Assembly (NCBI GenBank): GCA_951406725.2
Contig: OX597814.1
Span: 15,810,001-15,874,000, forward strand
Length of the DNA: 64,000 bases
Direction: 5' to 3'
Source: Octopus vulgaris
Lineage: Eukaryota
Shown here: positions 25,300 to 37,520 of the stretch, one piece after another
How the letters are laid out: each line of letters starts with the position of its first letter
How positions within the stretch are numbered: the first letter of the stretch is position 1
The notes under the pieces: generated by a model
The model's input: only the letters and a program-made list of their open reading frames with translations
Databases searched by the model: none
What the model was told of the DNA's origin: nothing
Made by a program: the position numbers and the translations under genes

Positions 25300-25391
25300 C
25301 TTAATCTACCGTTGTCTTTTGCAAAAGCGCTCAGTTACGGGGACATAAACAAACCGACATCTGTTGTCAAGTAGTGGGATGGCAAACACAA

Positions 25392-25477
<86 letters not shown>

Positions 25478-25640
25478 ACACGACAGCTTCTCCACAGTTA
25501 CCATCATCTAAAATCGCTCGCAAGGAACAGTTCGGCTTGGGGCTATAATACCATACACTAGCCAAAGATTCCGTGAAGGGGAAATGAACTCGGAACAACG
25601 TAGTTGCAAAACGAACTTCTTACCCACATAGCTATGCCTG
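25300..25640 (-). mobile_element. Degenerate SINE family A with a long (CA)n
   Basis: Family A layout, diverged. Confidence 0.65.
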
Positions 25641-25689
25641 TTTGAGCACACTGGTAACGTATATCCTCAGTTACAAATGAAATACTTCT

Positions 25690-26981
25690 TATTTCTTTAT
25701 TGCCCACAAGGGGCTAAACACAGAGGGGGCAAACAAGGACAGGCAAAGGGATTAAGTCGATTACATCGACCCCAGTGCGTAACTGGTACTTAATTTATCG
25801 ACCCCTAAAGGATGAAAGGCAAAGTCGATCTCGGCGGAATTTGAACTCAGAACGTAGCGACAGACGAAATACCGCTAAGCATTTCGCCCGGCGTGCAAAT
25901 GTTTCTTATTTCTTTATTGCCCCACAAGGGGCTATACGCAGAGCAGACAAACAAGGACAGACAAACGGATTACGTCGTTTATATCGACCCCAGTGCGTAA
26001 CTAGTACTTAATTTATCGACCCCGAAAGCACGAAAGGAAAATTCGACCTCGTTAGAATTTGAACTCAGAACGTAACGGCGGACGAAATACCGCTGAGCAT
26101 TTCGCCCAGCGTGCTAACAATTCTTATTTCTTTACTCCCCACAACAGGCTAAACATAGAGAGGACAAATAAAGGACAGACAAAGGAATTAAGTCCATTAC
26201 ATCCACTCCAGTGCGTAACTGGTACTTAATTTATCGACCCCGAAAGGATGAAAGGCAAAGCCGACATCGGCGGAATTTGAACTCAGAACGTAGTGACAGA
26301 CGGAATACCTATTTCGCTATTACTCACAAGGGGCTAAACACAGAGGGGACAAACAAGAACAGACATAGGTATTAAGTCGATTATATCGACCCCAGTGTGT
26401 AACTGGTACTTATTTAATCGAGGCGGCGAGCTGGCAGAAACGTTAGCACGCCGGGCGAAAGGCTTAGCGGTATTTCGTCTGCGTTACGTTGTGAGTTCGA
26501 ATTCCACCGAGGTCGATTTTGCCTTTCATCCTTTCGGGGTCGATAAATTAAGTACCAGTTACGCACTGGGGTCAATGTAATCGACTTAATACCTATGTCT
26601 GTCCTTGTTTGTCCCCTCTGTGTTTAGCCCCTTGTGGGTAATAAAGAAATAGGTACCTATTTAATCGACCCCGAAAGGATGAAAGGCAAAGTCGACCTCG
26701 GCGGAATTTGAACTCGGAACGTAGCGACAGACGAAATACCGCTAAGCATTTCGCCCGACGTGCAAACGTTTCTTATTTCTTTATTGCCCCAAAAGGGGCT
26801 AAACACAGAGGAGACAAACAAGGACAGACAAACGGATTAAGTTGATTATATCGACCCCAGTGCGTACCTGGTACTTAATTTATCGACCTCGGCGGAATTT
26901 GAACTCAGAACGTTACGGCGGACAAAATACCGCCAAGCATTTCGCCCGGCGTGCTAACGTTTCTGCCAGCTCGCCGCCTTA
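25690..26981 (-). mobile_element. Cluster of six SINE family B copies (five minus, one plus) inside one TSD
   Basis: Copies start near 25690, 25905, 26123, 26309, 26421 (+) and 26772; outer 18-bp TSD TACAAA(T/C)GAAATACTTCT at 25672 and 26982. Confidence 0.88.
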
Positions 26982-27673
26982 TACAAACGAAATACTTCTG
27001 CACAGATCCCGTTTATCAAATTTAATTCACAAAATATTGATCAATCCAAAGCTATGAAGGAATACACCTGCTTGGCTGTCACACTGTGTGATCGAACTCA
27101 AAATTGCGCCAGTGCGAGGAAAACTTTCTTACTGTACAACAGTATATGTGTCTGCCGCTTTAGTTTTCTTATATAATCAATATCTTTGAGATAATCAATG
27201 GACATCACAACACGCAGTTACACCAAAAAACATCAGAGGCATCAAATAAAAATTTTATAGAAATCCTATTTTGCGTTATTTAAGCACAAGATAAGGTGAC
27301 TTCATTGACGCCGCCGGAATTGCATGGGGTTTGATGCCGTTTAGTAGTAAGTTTCACGTTTAAAATAACTACACTAATATCTTGCCAGGATTTAATTGGA
27401 TTTTCATCGATCCAAATTTCAATAAATGAAGTTCTTGTAATATACTAGAACGGATTAATCACTCGACACCATTAAATATGTGTTTGATTAAGATTTCCGA
27501 TATTTATTCGAAATTTTACGACTTATAAATTACCCACAATAACGTAAAACTCTAGGAACTTGCCATCAGAATGAAAAGAGCGCCAGGCTTGTTCGTAATA
27601 GAAGTCAGTTCAAAAAAAAGAGAAAAATTCAGACCAATAACCACAAGCACAGAGTAACAGCCAATGCAAAACT

Positions 27674-27715
<42 letters not shown>

Positions 27716-28273
27716 GCCCTGATGCAGTACCAGGCAGTGGCTCTCATGGCTTCTGATCTTAACTGATTGGAAGTGTTATCATGTACATTGTTTTGTCTTG
27801 GTATAAAAGATGGGCTACAACAAATATTCTGCTCAATACCACAGATTTGCTTGTCAGTTGTTTGACCTTAAACAGTTGAGCATGTCTCTTAGTGGCTGAC
27901 GATAAGTGCATCTCTGATCAGCAGCAGAAGTAGTGGGAGAGCATCATAGCTACGTGTTGAGGAGGATTCTTTGGGGTTTGAATAATTCACTTTTGAAAAC
28001 ATGGGTGTTTCGTTCAACATCTTTAAACAACCTTTATTCAGGGACCTTTTGAGTGGGATGGGTTACTCGACCAGAAGAAAATTCTAACTGGGCTCCACCT
28101 GCAAGGTCATGCGCTGTTTATCTTGATATGAGATCACGATGTCATGCACATATGGTTGTGATGCATGTGCCTGGTGTACCCTTATCAGACGGGTAGTCAT
28201 GATAGATATGTATACCGGGCTTCGTATATTTTACCTCAGTGTCACTTTGATGGCATGCACTGCTCCCTCACTC
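27716..28273 (+). mobile_element. Non-autonomous element inserted in (TAA)n, probable R4/Dong partner
   Basis: Non-coding 558 bp flanked on both sides by (AAT)n (27676-27715 and 28274-28366); the partner assignment and orientation are inferred. Confidence 0.55.
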
Positions 28274-28298
28274 AATAATAATGATAATAATGATAATA

Positions 28299-28366
<68 letters not shown>

Positions 28367-28371
<5 letters not shown>

Positions 28372-31300
28372 CAGAGCTCCGAAATCTATAAAAACAGAGC
28401 TCCGAAATCTATCCACAAACATCGAAAACAAGGACATCGTATGGAGCCAAAGATTTATTAACAAAAGATTGGACTGCATCCGAGTAAGTAATACTCATTG
28501 AAATTTATTACTATTTTCGAAACGAAATGATGTATTTTAACTCGATATCATCTCCACCTCTAACGCAACACATGTAAACATGCGTGATACATTACGATCC
28601 ATCAACACCAGATCATTCCCGACCCCAAACACCATGTACAAAGGAACTACGAAGAAATTAAATACCACCGATATTATTCAACCCAAGAATAACAATCGGG
28701 AGGTACATACTTTAAACTTACAACACAAAATGTACGAAAAACTACACGTGCAAAACAATGTGACAACAGAAATGAACGGACCGGTACCCTACGAAAATGA
28801 CGACCGTCAAAATAATGGGCCGGACGTTGTTCCTCATGTCCCGCAAATAAAACCCAAAAGACATAAATGGACACGTGAGGAATACATTTCTATCCTACAC
28901 GCATACTTCACAGCAGTGCTCTACCCAAAAAATGAAAACACAACAACACATACATATGAAATATGGAAGGAAAATAACATAAATATAGACTTAGATACAG
29001 CAATGAACCCTAATAAACTAGCTAACGTACGAAGATACATTCTCAACGCAAAAAAATATCAGAAATAGAAATAGAACATCTAAAAGAAAAAATACACCAG
29101 GAAAATGTAGATAGAAGCCACACAACAATGCCCAATAATATAAACACTGAAACAGTAAAACACGAAGACAAACGTAACATTCCCAACAAACACGATGTAA
29201 ACAAAAAACAACAAACCCAGACCGTAAGGATGCATAATAATACACGACAAACAGCAAGCCAAAACACGGCAAACAAACATATAAATAATAAAGAAAGCGA
29301 CACAAATCTAAAACCTGGAAACAACGAAGGGGAGCCTAATGATTATGATAATATAAAAAGTAAAATAATTAAAGAACTGAAAACCACAGAGCTCAAAATG
29401 GACCACCGACCATACCTCCCAAAATTCAAAATAGACGAAACAACAACACCAATTATAAACAGCATAAACCTAGCCGTCACGGAACTAATAGCCACTGAAA
29501 CAAAAAGCGATATCACTGAGCTAAATGACATAGTATACGCAGCAGCCACTGCAGCCACAAAAGAAGCTGGATACTCACTCAAACCCATCCAAACAGGAGT
29601 ACCACCACCCAAACAAATCCTGTGGATAAATAACATCCAAAACAAAATACAAAAAATGAGAAAAGATCTGTCGATTCTTAATGAAATCAGTAGACATTCA
29701 ACGCTACTGATCAACAAAAAGAAAACAAAAATACTCCGCAAATATAACTTCACAGAAAAAGATTTACCTGAGATAAAAGAAAAGCTGAAGCAAGATATCC
29801 TTGCAAAAGCACAAAGGATACGCCGGTACGAGAAACGCCAGCGCTTCTTTCAACAAAACAAACAGTTCAACTCCAACCCCAAAAAGTTCTACCAAGAACT
29901 TGGCAAAAATAAAATAGAAATCACTGCAGCACCAACGGCAGAAGGAGTGGAAGAATTCTGGAGAGAAATATGGTCGTCGAAAGAACAACCAAAAATAAGG
30001 AGTATTAAAACAACAAACTCAGCATCTGAGCAAATTCGGACCCCCATAACAACTGAAGAGGTCACCCAGGCACTGCAAAGACTAAGCAACTGGAAGGCAC
30101 CTGGGCATGACAAGATCCCTAACTTCTGGTTGAAATATCTAACAGGAATGTACAAAAAGCTGGCTGAAAACTTTAACAACATACTAGCAGAGACAATGCC
30201 TGAATGGCTCACGAAAGGGAAAACCATCTTAATTCCCAAATCAAATGAGACAGCAAAACCAGAAAACTACAGACCAATAACCTGTCTCCCTACAATGTAC
30301 AAAGCATTTACTGCAGTGATATCGCAAAGGTTGAACAAGCACCTGGATGAAAACAACCTGTTTCCAGAAGAGCAGAAAGGATGCCGCAAAGGCTCATATG
30401 GCGGTAAAGATCAACTAATGATTAATAAAGCCACAACTGAAGGCAGCCACAGAAAGAAGAAAGGCCTCAGTATGGCCTGGATCTACTACAAAAAGGCGTG
30501 TGATAGCATCCCCCACACATGGATCCTCGAAACACTAGCCATTAACAAAGTAGCACCAACAATTATAAAATTCATAGGGCACTCTATGAATAAATGGCAA
30601 ACAGTGCTACAGCTCCAAACAAAAGAGGGACTCATGAAAACCAAAGCCATCCCCATTAGAAGAGTAATATTCCAGGGAGACACGTTCTCTCCACTCCTTT
30701 TCTGCTTGGCACTGTCACCTCTATCTGATATGCTAAATAGAACTGGATGCGGATATAAATGTTACGGCAAAACGATCAGCCACCTTTTATATATGGATGA
30801 CCTAAAACTATATGCTGCAAATGACAAACAGCTGGAAACACTATTAAAGACAGTTCATGGATTTACCAAAGAAATAGATATGAAATTTGGATTAGGAAAA
30901 TGCGCCAAAGTAACCATGAAAAGAGGAAAACTAGTTAAGAGTAGCAACATCACACTAGATAAAACCAATGAAATAAAAGAATTAGACCAAAGCCAAACTT
31001 ACAAATACTTAGGAATCCATGAACTAGATAAGACACAACACACACAAATGAAAGAGAAAATAAAAAAAGAATATTATAGACGAGTTAGATCAATACTAAA
31101 AACAGAGCTCAATGCTAAAAACAAGATAATAGGTATTAACACTTTAGCTGTCCCAGTTATAAGTTACAGCTACAATATCCTTAACTGGACACTAAATGAA
31201 ATGACCAAAATAGATAGGAAAACAAGAAAAATAATGACAGGATCTAGGATGCATCACCCAAAATCTGACATAGAAAGACTATATATACAACGTATAGAAG

Positions 31301-31690
31301 GTGGTAGAGGCCTTATACAGCTGGAAAACTACTATAAAATAACCACCATAGGACTGCAAAAATATCTACTTCAGAAGGAAGGAAAACTGATACAAATAGC
31401 GTCAAAACACGAGCAAAACAAAAAAACTGTTCTCAGTATTTAAGGAAGCTGACAAATACAAACAAGAAATCGTACCACTTAATAAATATGAAGAACAAGA
31501 AGAAGAAGATGAAGAAACAACAAAAGCTATAAAACAAATGAAATCCAAACTAAAAATAGAACAGCAACGAACCATGATAAAACGATGGCAAGAAAAGCCC
31601 CTTCATGGTAAATACCGGACTAAACTAAACGCAAAAGAAATAGACAAAGAAAAATCCCAGCAATGGTTGAGAAGCTCACGACTCAAAAAG
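28367..31690 (+). mobile_element. R4/Dong-clade non-LTR retrotransposon, frameshifted and 3'-truncated
   Basis: N-terminal RHKWTREE domain (28580-29068), RT ORF 29128-31443 (KAPGHDKIPNFWLK, YRPITCLPTMYK, FQGD, YMDD, YKYLG, HPKSDIERLYI.R..GGRGL), continuation WQEKPLHG..SQQWL; stops before the CCHC/RLE endonuclease; abuts (TAA)n. Confidence 0.88.
29128..31443 (+). pseudogene. R4/Dong reverse transcriptase ORF (771 aa), degenerate
   Basis: YMDD intact, but WIYYKKACDS replaces the expected DYKKAFDS-type motif; frameshifts at both ends. Confidence 0.85.
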
Positions 31691-32401
31691 TGATTAGAAT
31701 AGTAACTATACTAACAAGTAGAGTTAATTGCCACGTCAAAGTGGCTGCTCCATGTTACTACTAGTTTAAATCCTGGCAGATCTTCCGCCAGCTGGTTATC
31801 GGTGCTGTGCTGCACCCTGTATATACAATATATATTGCTAGCAGGAGGAGATAACCCCTACTTTCATCTAGCAGACAACAGGATCTGCTAGTTTTTCAAC
31901 AAAGCTTAAACTGTAGAAGTACCTGGTGACTTCAGTCTCTATATATAGATGTAAAAACTGAACAACTTTTTTTCTAAAAGAGTCAGTCGATATCGCTATT
32001 TCTGTGAAAATTTGTAGTCAACATCATGACCTTATGAGTTTATCTCAAAGTGCAATATTCACTAGTGATAAAAGGAAAGCTTTGACTGCCATATCTCTTT
32101 TAAGTCTAGCGTAATATTCTTATAGTTTCTCTACACTTGTCCAAAGTAACTTTGTATGATATATTTTCATCTATACCTAGGTTTTGTAGCTGTTATGATG
32201 AGAGTTACGACGGCCTCTTGCGAGAAATAGACTAGTCCGAGTAAAGTATAAATAGTAACGATCCGAGTGAGTTCACTAGTTCAGAGTTCGGAGTTGATGA
32301 AGTTTGTGTTAGTTCGCAGTGAAGTTGGAAGGTGTTGGTTGGTTGGTTCACAAAGAATATTGATTGTTGGTTCGTAAAGAGATGTGTTAGTCCGTTACAT
32401 T

Positions 32402-32919
32402 GTGGAGGCGCAATGGTCCAGTGGTTAGGGCAGCGGACTCGCGGTCGTAGGATTGCGGTTTCGATTCCCAGACCGGGCATTGTGAGTGTTTATTGAGCGA
32501 AAACACCTAAAGCTCCACGAGGTTCCGGCAGAGGTGGTGGTGAACCCTGCTGTACTCTTTCACCACAGCTTTCTCTCACTCTTTCTTCCTGTTTCTGTTG
32601 TACCTGTATTGCAAAGTGCCAGTCTTGTCACACTCTGTGTCACGCTGAATCTCCTCGAGAACTACGTTAAGGGTACACGTGTCTGTGGAGTGCTCAGCCA
32701 CTTGCACGTTAATAAATGAGCTGCGACGTCAATGGTGCCAAGCTGTATTAGCATTTGCCTTTCCCTTGGATAACATCGGTGGCGTGGAGAGGGGAGGCTG
32801 GTATGCGTGGGCGACTGCTGGTCTTCTATAAACAACCATTCTCAGACCTGTACCTCGGAGGGTAAATTTTTATGTGCAATTCCATGGTCATTCATGACCG
32901 AAGGAGTTCACTCACTCAA
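32402..32919 (+). mobile_element. Chimeric SINE (family C 5' part + family E 3' part) inserted as one unit
   Basis: Junction at 32713/32714; 11-bp TSD TCCGTTACATT at 32391 and 32920. Confidence 0.88.
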
Positions 32920-32999
32920 TCCGTTACATTATTTTTAATGTTGTCTGGTTATCTTATTTATTGCACGTAAAAATTACGTTACAACAGTAGTACACGTTT

Positions 33000-33570
33000 T
33001 GTTAAACAGGAAAATAGGCAAATAGGTATAGCATTGACACAATGATTTGGGGTTTCGGAAACAATTTTTTTTCCCGAGTAAAATAGTGCATTTTTTGGCC
33101 ACACTTCATTCCTATATCAGCGGAAACTGCTGTAATTCAATCAAAAGATTTTCGTTGATGCAAATATTCCAGGCATAGAACTGATGAGTAATATTAATGT
33201 ACCTTTCTGTTGCAGACACTGGGAAGTGGCCAGTAGATTTTTGTAGAAGAAATAACAGTAGATTTTGGCCAAAATATATACAAGCACAGATATACTGACA
33301 CCTTGAGATATTATTGCTGAAAAAATTATTAGTAACATGAGTGACAGTTCCATTTTCAGTAACGAGTGTGAAGATTGTGGATAAGGTTTTCATGGCCCTT
33401 TCAGTAACAGCAACTAAAGCTAAAGGTACTTTTGGCAGATGTAGGGATTTTCGTAGCCATACGAACCAACCGCTTTTCTGTAACCAAGCCGTACTGTCGC
33501 GAGGCTTCTGTATGTTTTCATATTCCAGGTAATACAGATTTGTATTACGAAACTTTATTGGACTCTTCAC
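33000..33570 (-). pseudogene. Possible degenerate class A GPCR fragment
   Basis: ORF 33112-33570 contains RKSL....LALVAVTE (TM2-like) and SATERYINITHQFYAWNIC (E/DRY-ICL2-like); a shifted frame gives NEVWP...FYS; TM1 and TM4 are not convincing. Confidence 0.3.
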
Positions 33571-33670
33571 GACGCTCTTTTCTTTCCCCGTAACTGCTCA
33601 TTAGTCACTATATCACTAGAATTGGTTCAGGCAGTTTGTGGTTGTCTGTATGTCTGTCTATCTACCTACA

Positions 33671-33748
<78 letters not shown>

Positions 33749-34015
33749 CCTATCTATCTATCTTTTTCCCCTTTTTTCTTCTTTTTTCATTTTTCTTTTC
33801 CTTTGTTCCTTTTCCCTTTTTTCTTTTTTTCTTTTCCTTTTTTTGTTCTTTTTTCCCTTTTACGATCCCTTTTGATCGAAAACCTACGTCACCCTTTTTT
33901 TTTATTCTTTTGTTTTTTTTTTGTTTTTTGTTGGTTTTTTTCATCCCCCAAAAGAAAAGCTCTACCTTGTAACTTGTCCCATCTATGTGCAGCCCTGTGT
34001 GGCCAATAAAGAAAC

Positions 34016-34080
<65 letters not shown>

Positions 34081-34290
34081 CCTACGTTTGAATGTATGTA
34101 TGTACGTATGTATGTATGAGTGTGTGCATGTGTATGTGTGTGCATGTGTATGTGTGTGCATGTGTATGTGTGTGCATAGACACAACATACACACACACAC
34201 ATATATATTTGGGTTAATATATGCATGTATGTATTTATACTGGTATGTACATGTACGTATAAATATAGATGAATACAAATATATATGTTT

Positions 34291-34445
34291 TGCTGTGTAA
34301 TAAAACGTTTGCTTCCGAACAATACGGCTCCGGATAAAGTTCCACAGTGCGGCACCTTGAGTAAGTATCTTCTACTATGACCCCCGGACCGGTTAAAGCC
34401 TTATGAATAGATTTGGCAGATAGAACTGAAAGAAACCCGTCGTAT
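34291..34445 (-). mobile_element. SINE family A, head half
   Basis: Reverse complement of the head through ACTGAAAGAAACCCGTCG. Confidence 0.7.
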
Positions 34446-34565
34446 CTCTCTCTTTCTTTCTCTCTCTCTCTCTCTCTACACACACACGCACACACACACA
34501 CATATATCAGTTGGATAAAGCTAGAACAGTCTGGTTTTCACGTTCTTTATTATGGTATTTTAACA

Positions 34566-34603
34566 AAATGAGAGCTTTCATTGCTAGCGTACTCATCAGA
34601 TTT
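34566..34603 (-). ncRNA. Minimal hammerhead, canonical core, CUC site
   Basis: Minus strand: aaat CTGATGA gtacgctagcaat GAAA g-ct-c TC attt; stem II weak. Confidence 0.55.
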
Positions 34604-34651
34604 AAAATCTGAGGAGTACACTCATTTTTCATCTTTTTTCCCCTATCTGTC

Positions 34652-34710
34652 TCTGCTCTGATGACGGAATATTCCATACTCGTGGATATCCCAGAAACAG
34701 CTGTAAAGAT
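34652..34710 (+). ncRNA. Minimal hammerhead, canonical core, palindromic stem III
   Basis: CTGATGA cggaatattcca-tactcg-tggatatccca GAAAC agct GTA aaga; stem I eroded. Confidence 0.7.
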
Positions 34711-34736
34711 TTTGAATTTCTTCCTATAGTAATATT

Positions 34737-34758
34737 ATACACACACACACACACGTTT

Positions 34759-34790
<32 letters not shown>

Positions 34791-34837
34791 TTGTGTATGT
34801 GTGTGTGTGTGTATGTGTGTGTGTGTGTGTGTGTGTA

Positions 34838-34935
<98 letters not shown>

Positions 34936-34951
34936 TGTGTGTGTGTGTGTT

Positions 34952-35011
<60 letters not shown>

Positions 35012-35087
35012 TGTGTGTGTTTGTGTGTGTGTGTGTGGTGTGTGTGTGTGTGTGTGTTTGTGTGTATGTGTGAGTGTGTGTGTGTGA
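34737..35087. repeat. Long imperfect (TG)n microsatellite
   Basis: Direct reading. Confidence 0.95.
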
Positions 35088-35412
35088 GCACTTCAGTGAA
35101 AGGAACTGATAGAAAGCAAAAAAGGCGCTTAGAAAAAAACAAAAATTGAACTGGGGTCTATTTGTTCATCTGAACCTCTCAAGCATGTGCTCCAGTATGA
35201 CTGCAGTCTAATGTCTGAAACAAGTAAAAGTTGATGCAATAGAAAGAGGCTAGGTGTGAGGGGAAATGATCAAATTTGAACAAGAGCAACGTCTGATACT
35301 GTATGAAGACCGTGATATCCGTAAACAGTAAATGAAATTTTTTTTAAATGAAGCTTAAATAAAAAAAAAATTCTTAAACTGGTTCGGCCGAAAAAACAAT
35401 TTATTATGGAAA

Positions 35413-35576
35413 AAGTGGCTGTGTGGTAAGTAGCTTGCTTACCAACCACATGGTTCCGGGTTCAGTCCCACTGCGTGGCATCTTGGGCAAGTGTCTTCTG
35501 CTATAGCCCCGGGCCGACCAATGCCTTGTGAGTGGATTTGGTAGACGGAAACTGAAAGAAGCCTGTCGTATATATG

Positions 35577-35615
<39 letters not shown>

Positions 35616-35818
35616 TTGTCCCCCTAGCATTGCTTGACAACCGATGCTGGTGTGTTTACGTCCCCGTCACTTAGCGGTTCGGCAAAAGAGACCGATGGAA
35701 TAAGTACTGGGCTTACAAAGAATAAGTCCCGGGGTCGATTTGCTCGACTAAAGGCGGTGCTCCAGCATGGCCGCAGTCAAATAACTGAAACAAGTAAAAG
35801 AGTAAAAGAGTAAAAGAG
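35413..35818 (+). mobile_element. SINE family A, full length
   Basis: Head, core-like box, microsatellite and (AGTAAAAG)n tail. Confidence 0.9.
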
Positions 35819-36385
35819 CAACCGCACCTAAAATTAGTCTTTATATGAAGAAATTCTGTTTGATTACGAAATCGTCACAGTAGCTTAAAGACACTGGAAA
35901 TTTATCTACGTGTGTACCTACAGCTGTTTTTAAAACTCCTGTGTTAAATTTTATTGTTATTAACTTTTATCAGTTCTTATCATTAACATTAATTTTTCTC
36001 TTATTATCTTCTCTATGCCAAATTTTTCTTACGTTTTATGATCTTATGTTTGTTGTTGTATTTTTGCTTTATAATTAACCTTATCATTTATCATCATGCT
36101 CTCATTTTTAGTCTCAATGTATGTTTTTTTTTTGTGCCAAATTATCATTAATTATTTTCTTGTTTATTAGATCTTTAAGCAAACAGTCTCAAACTGGATA
36201 TCCCTTTCCCTTCTATTTCTCTGTCACGTCATGCGCATTAATCTAATTACTTTATTTTCTATCGTGTGTATAACTTTGACTTTGCAATCATTTTTAGGAG
36301 AATCTGCTTTATTAGTCTTAACTTTGATAATTATAAAATTTTACCAGCATTTAATATTTTAAATATATATTTGGTGAAAATTATT

Positions 36386-36814
36386 TGTGGTAAGCAGCTT
36401 GCTTACCAACCACATGGTTCCGGGTTCAGTCCCACTGCGTGGCACCTTGGGCAAGTGTCTTCTACTATAGCCTCGGGCCGATTAACGCCTTTTGAGTGGA
36501 TTTGGTAGACGGAAACTGAAAGAAGCCCGTCGTATATATGTATATATATATGTATGTATGTATGTATGAATGTATGTATGTATGTATGTATGTGCGTGTA
36601 TATGTTTTTGTGCCTATGTTTGTCCCCCCAACATCGCTTGGCAACCGATGCTGGTGTGTTTACGTCCCCGTTACTTAGCAGCTCGGCAAAAGAGACCGAT
36701 TGAATAAGTAGTAGGCTTACAGAGAATAAGTCCTGGGATCGATTTCCTCGACTAAAGGCGATGCTCCAGCATGGCCACAGTCAAATAACTGAAACAAAAG
36801 TAAAAGAGTAAAAG
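36386..36814 (+). mobile_element. SINE family A
   Basis: Same layout; a further tail fragment lies at about 36855-36915. Confidence 0.88.
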
Positions 36815-37258
36815 AAGAAATTGAATAATTTAAAAAATGAAATACAGCGTAAATGAGTGGTGGTACACCAGCATGACCACAGCCGCATGGCTGAAACGGG
36901 TAAAAGAGTAAAAGAGTATCAGGAAAATGCTGGGTTGAGTCAAAAGGGACAATGTTCAGGGTTAACTGAACCTGGAAAAGTTCAGGACAAGAAGTGGATG
37001 TTTAAGATTATTGCAGTGGACGTTAGAATTTTTAAAGTAATGTGTGTTTTAAATATATGCAGTTAAGGATCTTTTATTTGTTTCAATTTATGGAACCAAG
37101 ATCTAGTTTGGCTGCTATTTCTTGCAATACAGAGACCACATATTTTAACTCCCTATGCTAGCATATGAATCTTTCACATTTTCCTTGTGTATTCTTATAT
37201 TATTAAACAATGAGATGAGAAAGAAAAACGCCCTGGGAGAAAAATCATTTAAAAGGAT

Positions 37259-37452
37259 TGACACTCCGTCGGTTACGACGAGTGTTTCAGAAGATTCGAT
37301 TAACGCAACAGCCAGTTCATGAAATTAACGCGCAAGTGGTTGAAGACTCCATAGACACGCATACCCTTAACGTAGTCATAACCCTTAACGTAGTTCTTAG
37401 GGGGATTCAGCGTGACACAGAATGTGACAAGGCTGGCCTATTGAATTACAAG
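37259..37452 (-). mobile_element. SINE family C, 3' fragment
   Basis: CACTCCGTCGGTTACGACG tail in reverse orientation. Confidence 0.75.
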
Positions 37453-37520
37453 TGTAACTCATTTTTGTCAACTGAATGGGATGAAGCAACGTTAAATAAA
37501 GTGCCTTAATCAAGGATACA

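Noticed and set aside
25690-26981. Repeat-spacer appearance (CRISPR-like) of the SINE cluster and the 9857-10040 motif triplet
   Set aside because: Units are SINE copies or irregular snippets; spacing is non-uniform, there are no cas genes, and the context is eukaryotic.
32185-32399. LTR-like stretch (TGT...GTTACA with TATAAATAG)
   Set aside because: No matching TSD, PBS or second LTR could be found; left unannotated.
35770-35810. SINE A tail AGTC-AAAT-GACT-GAAAC-AA-GTA resembling a hammerhead 3' half
   Set aside because: No CUGANGA-like core or stem I upstream in any copy; better explained as an RTE-type 3' stem-loop.
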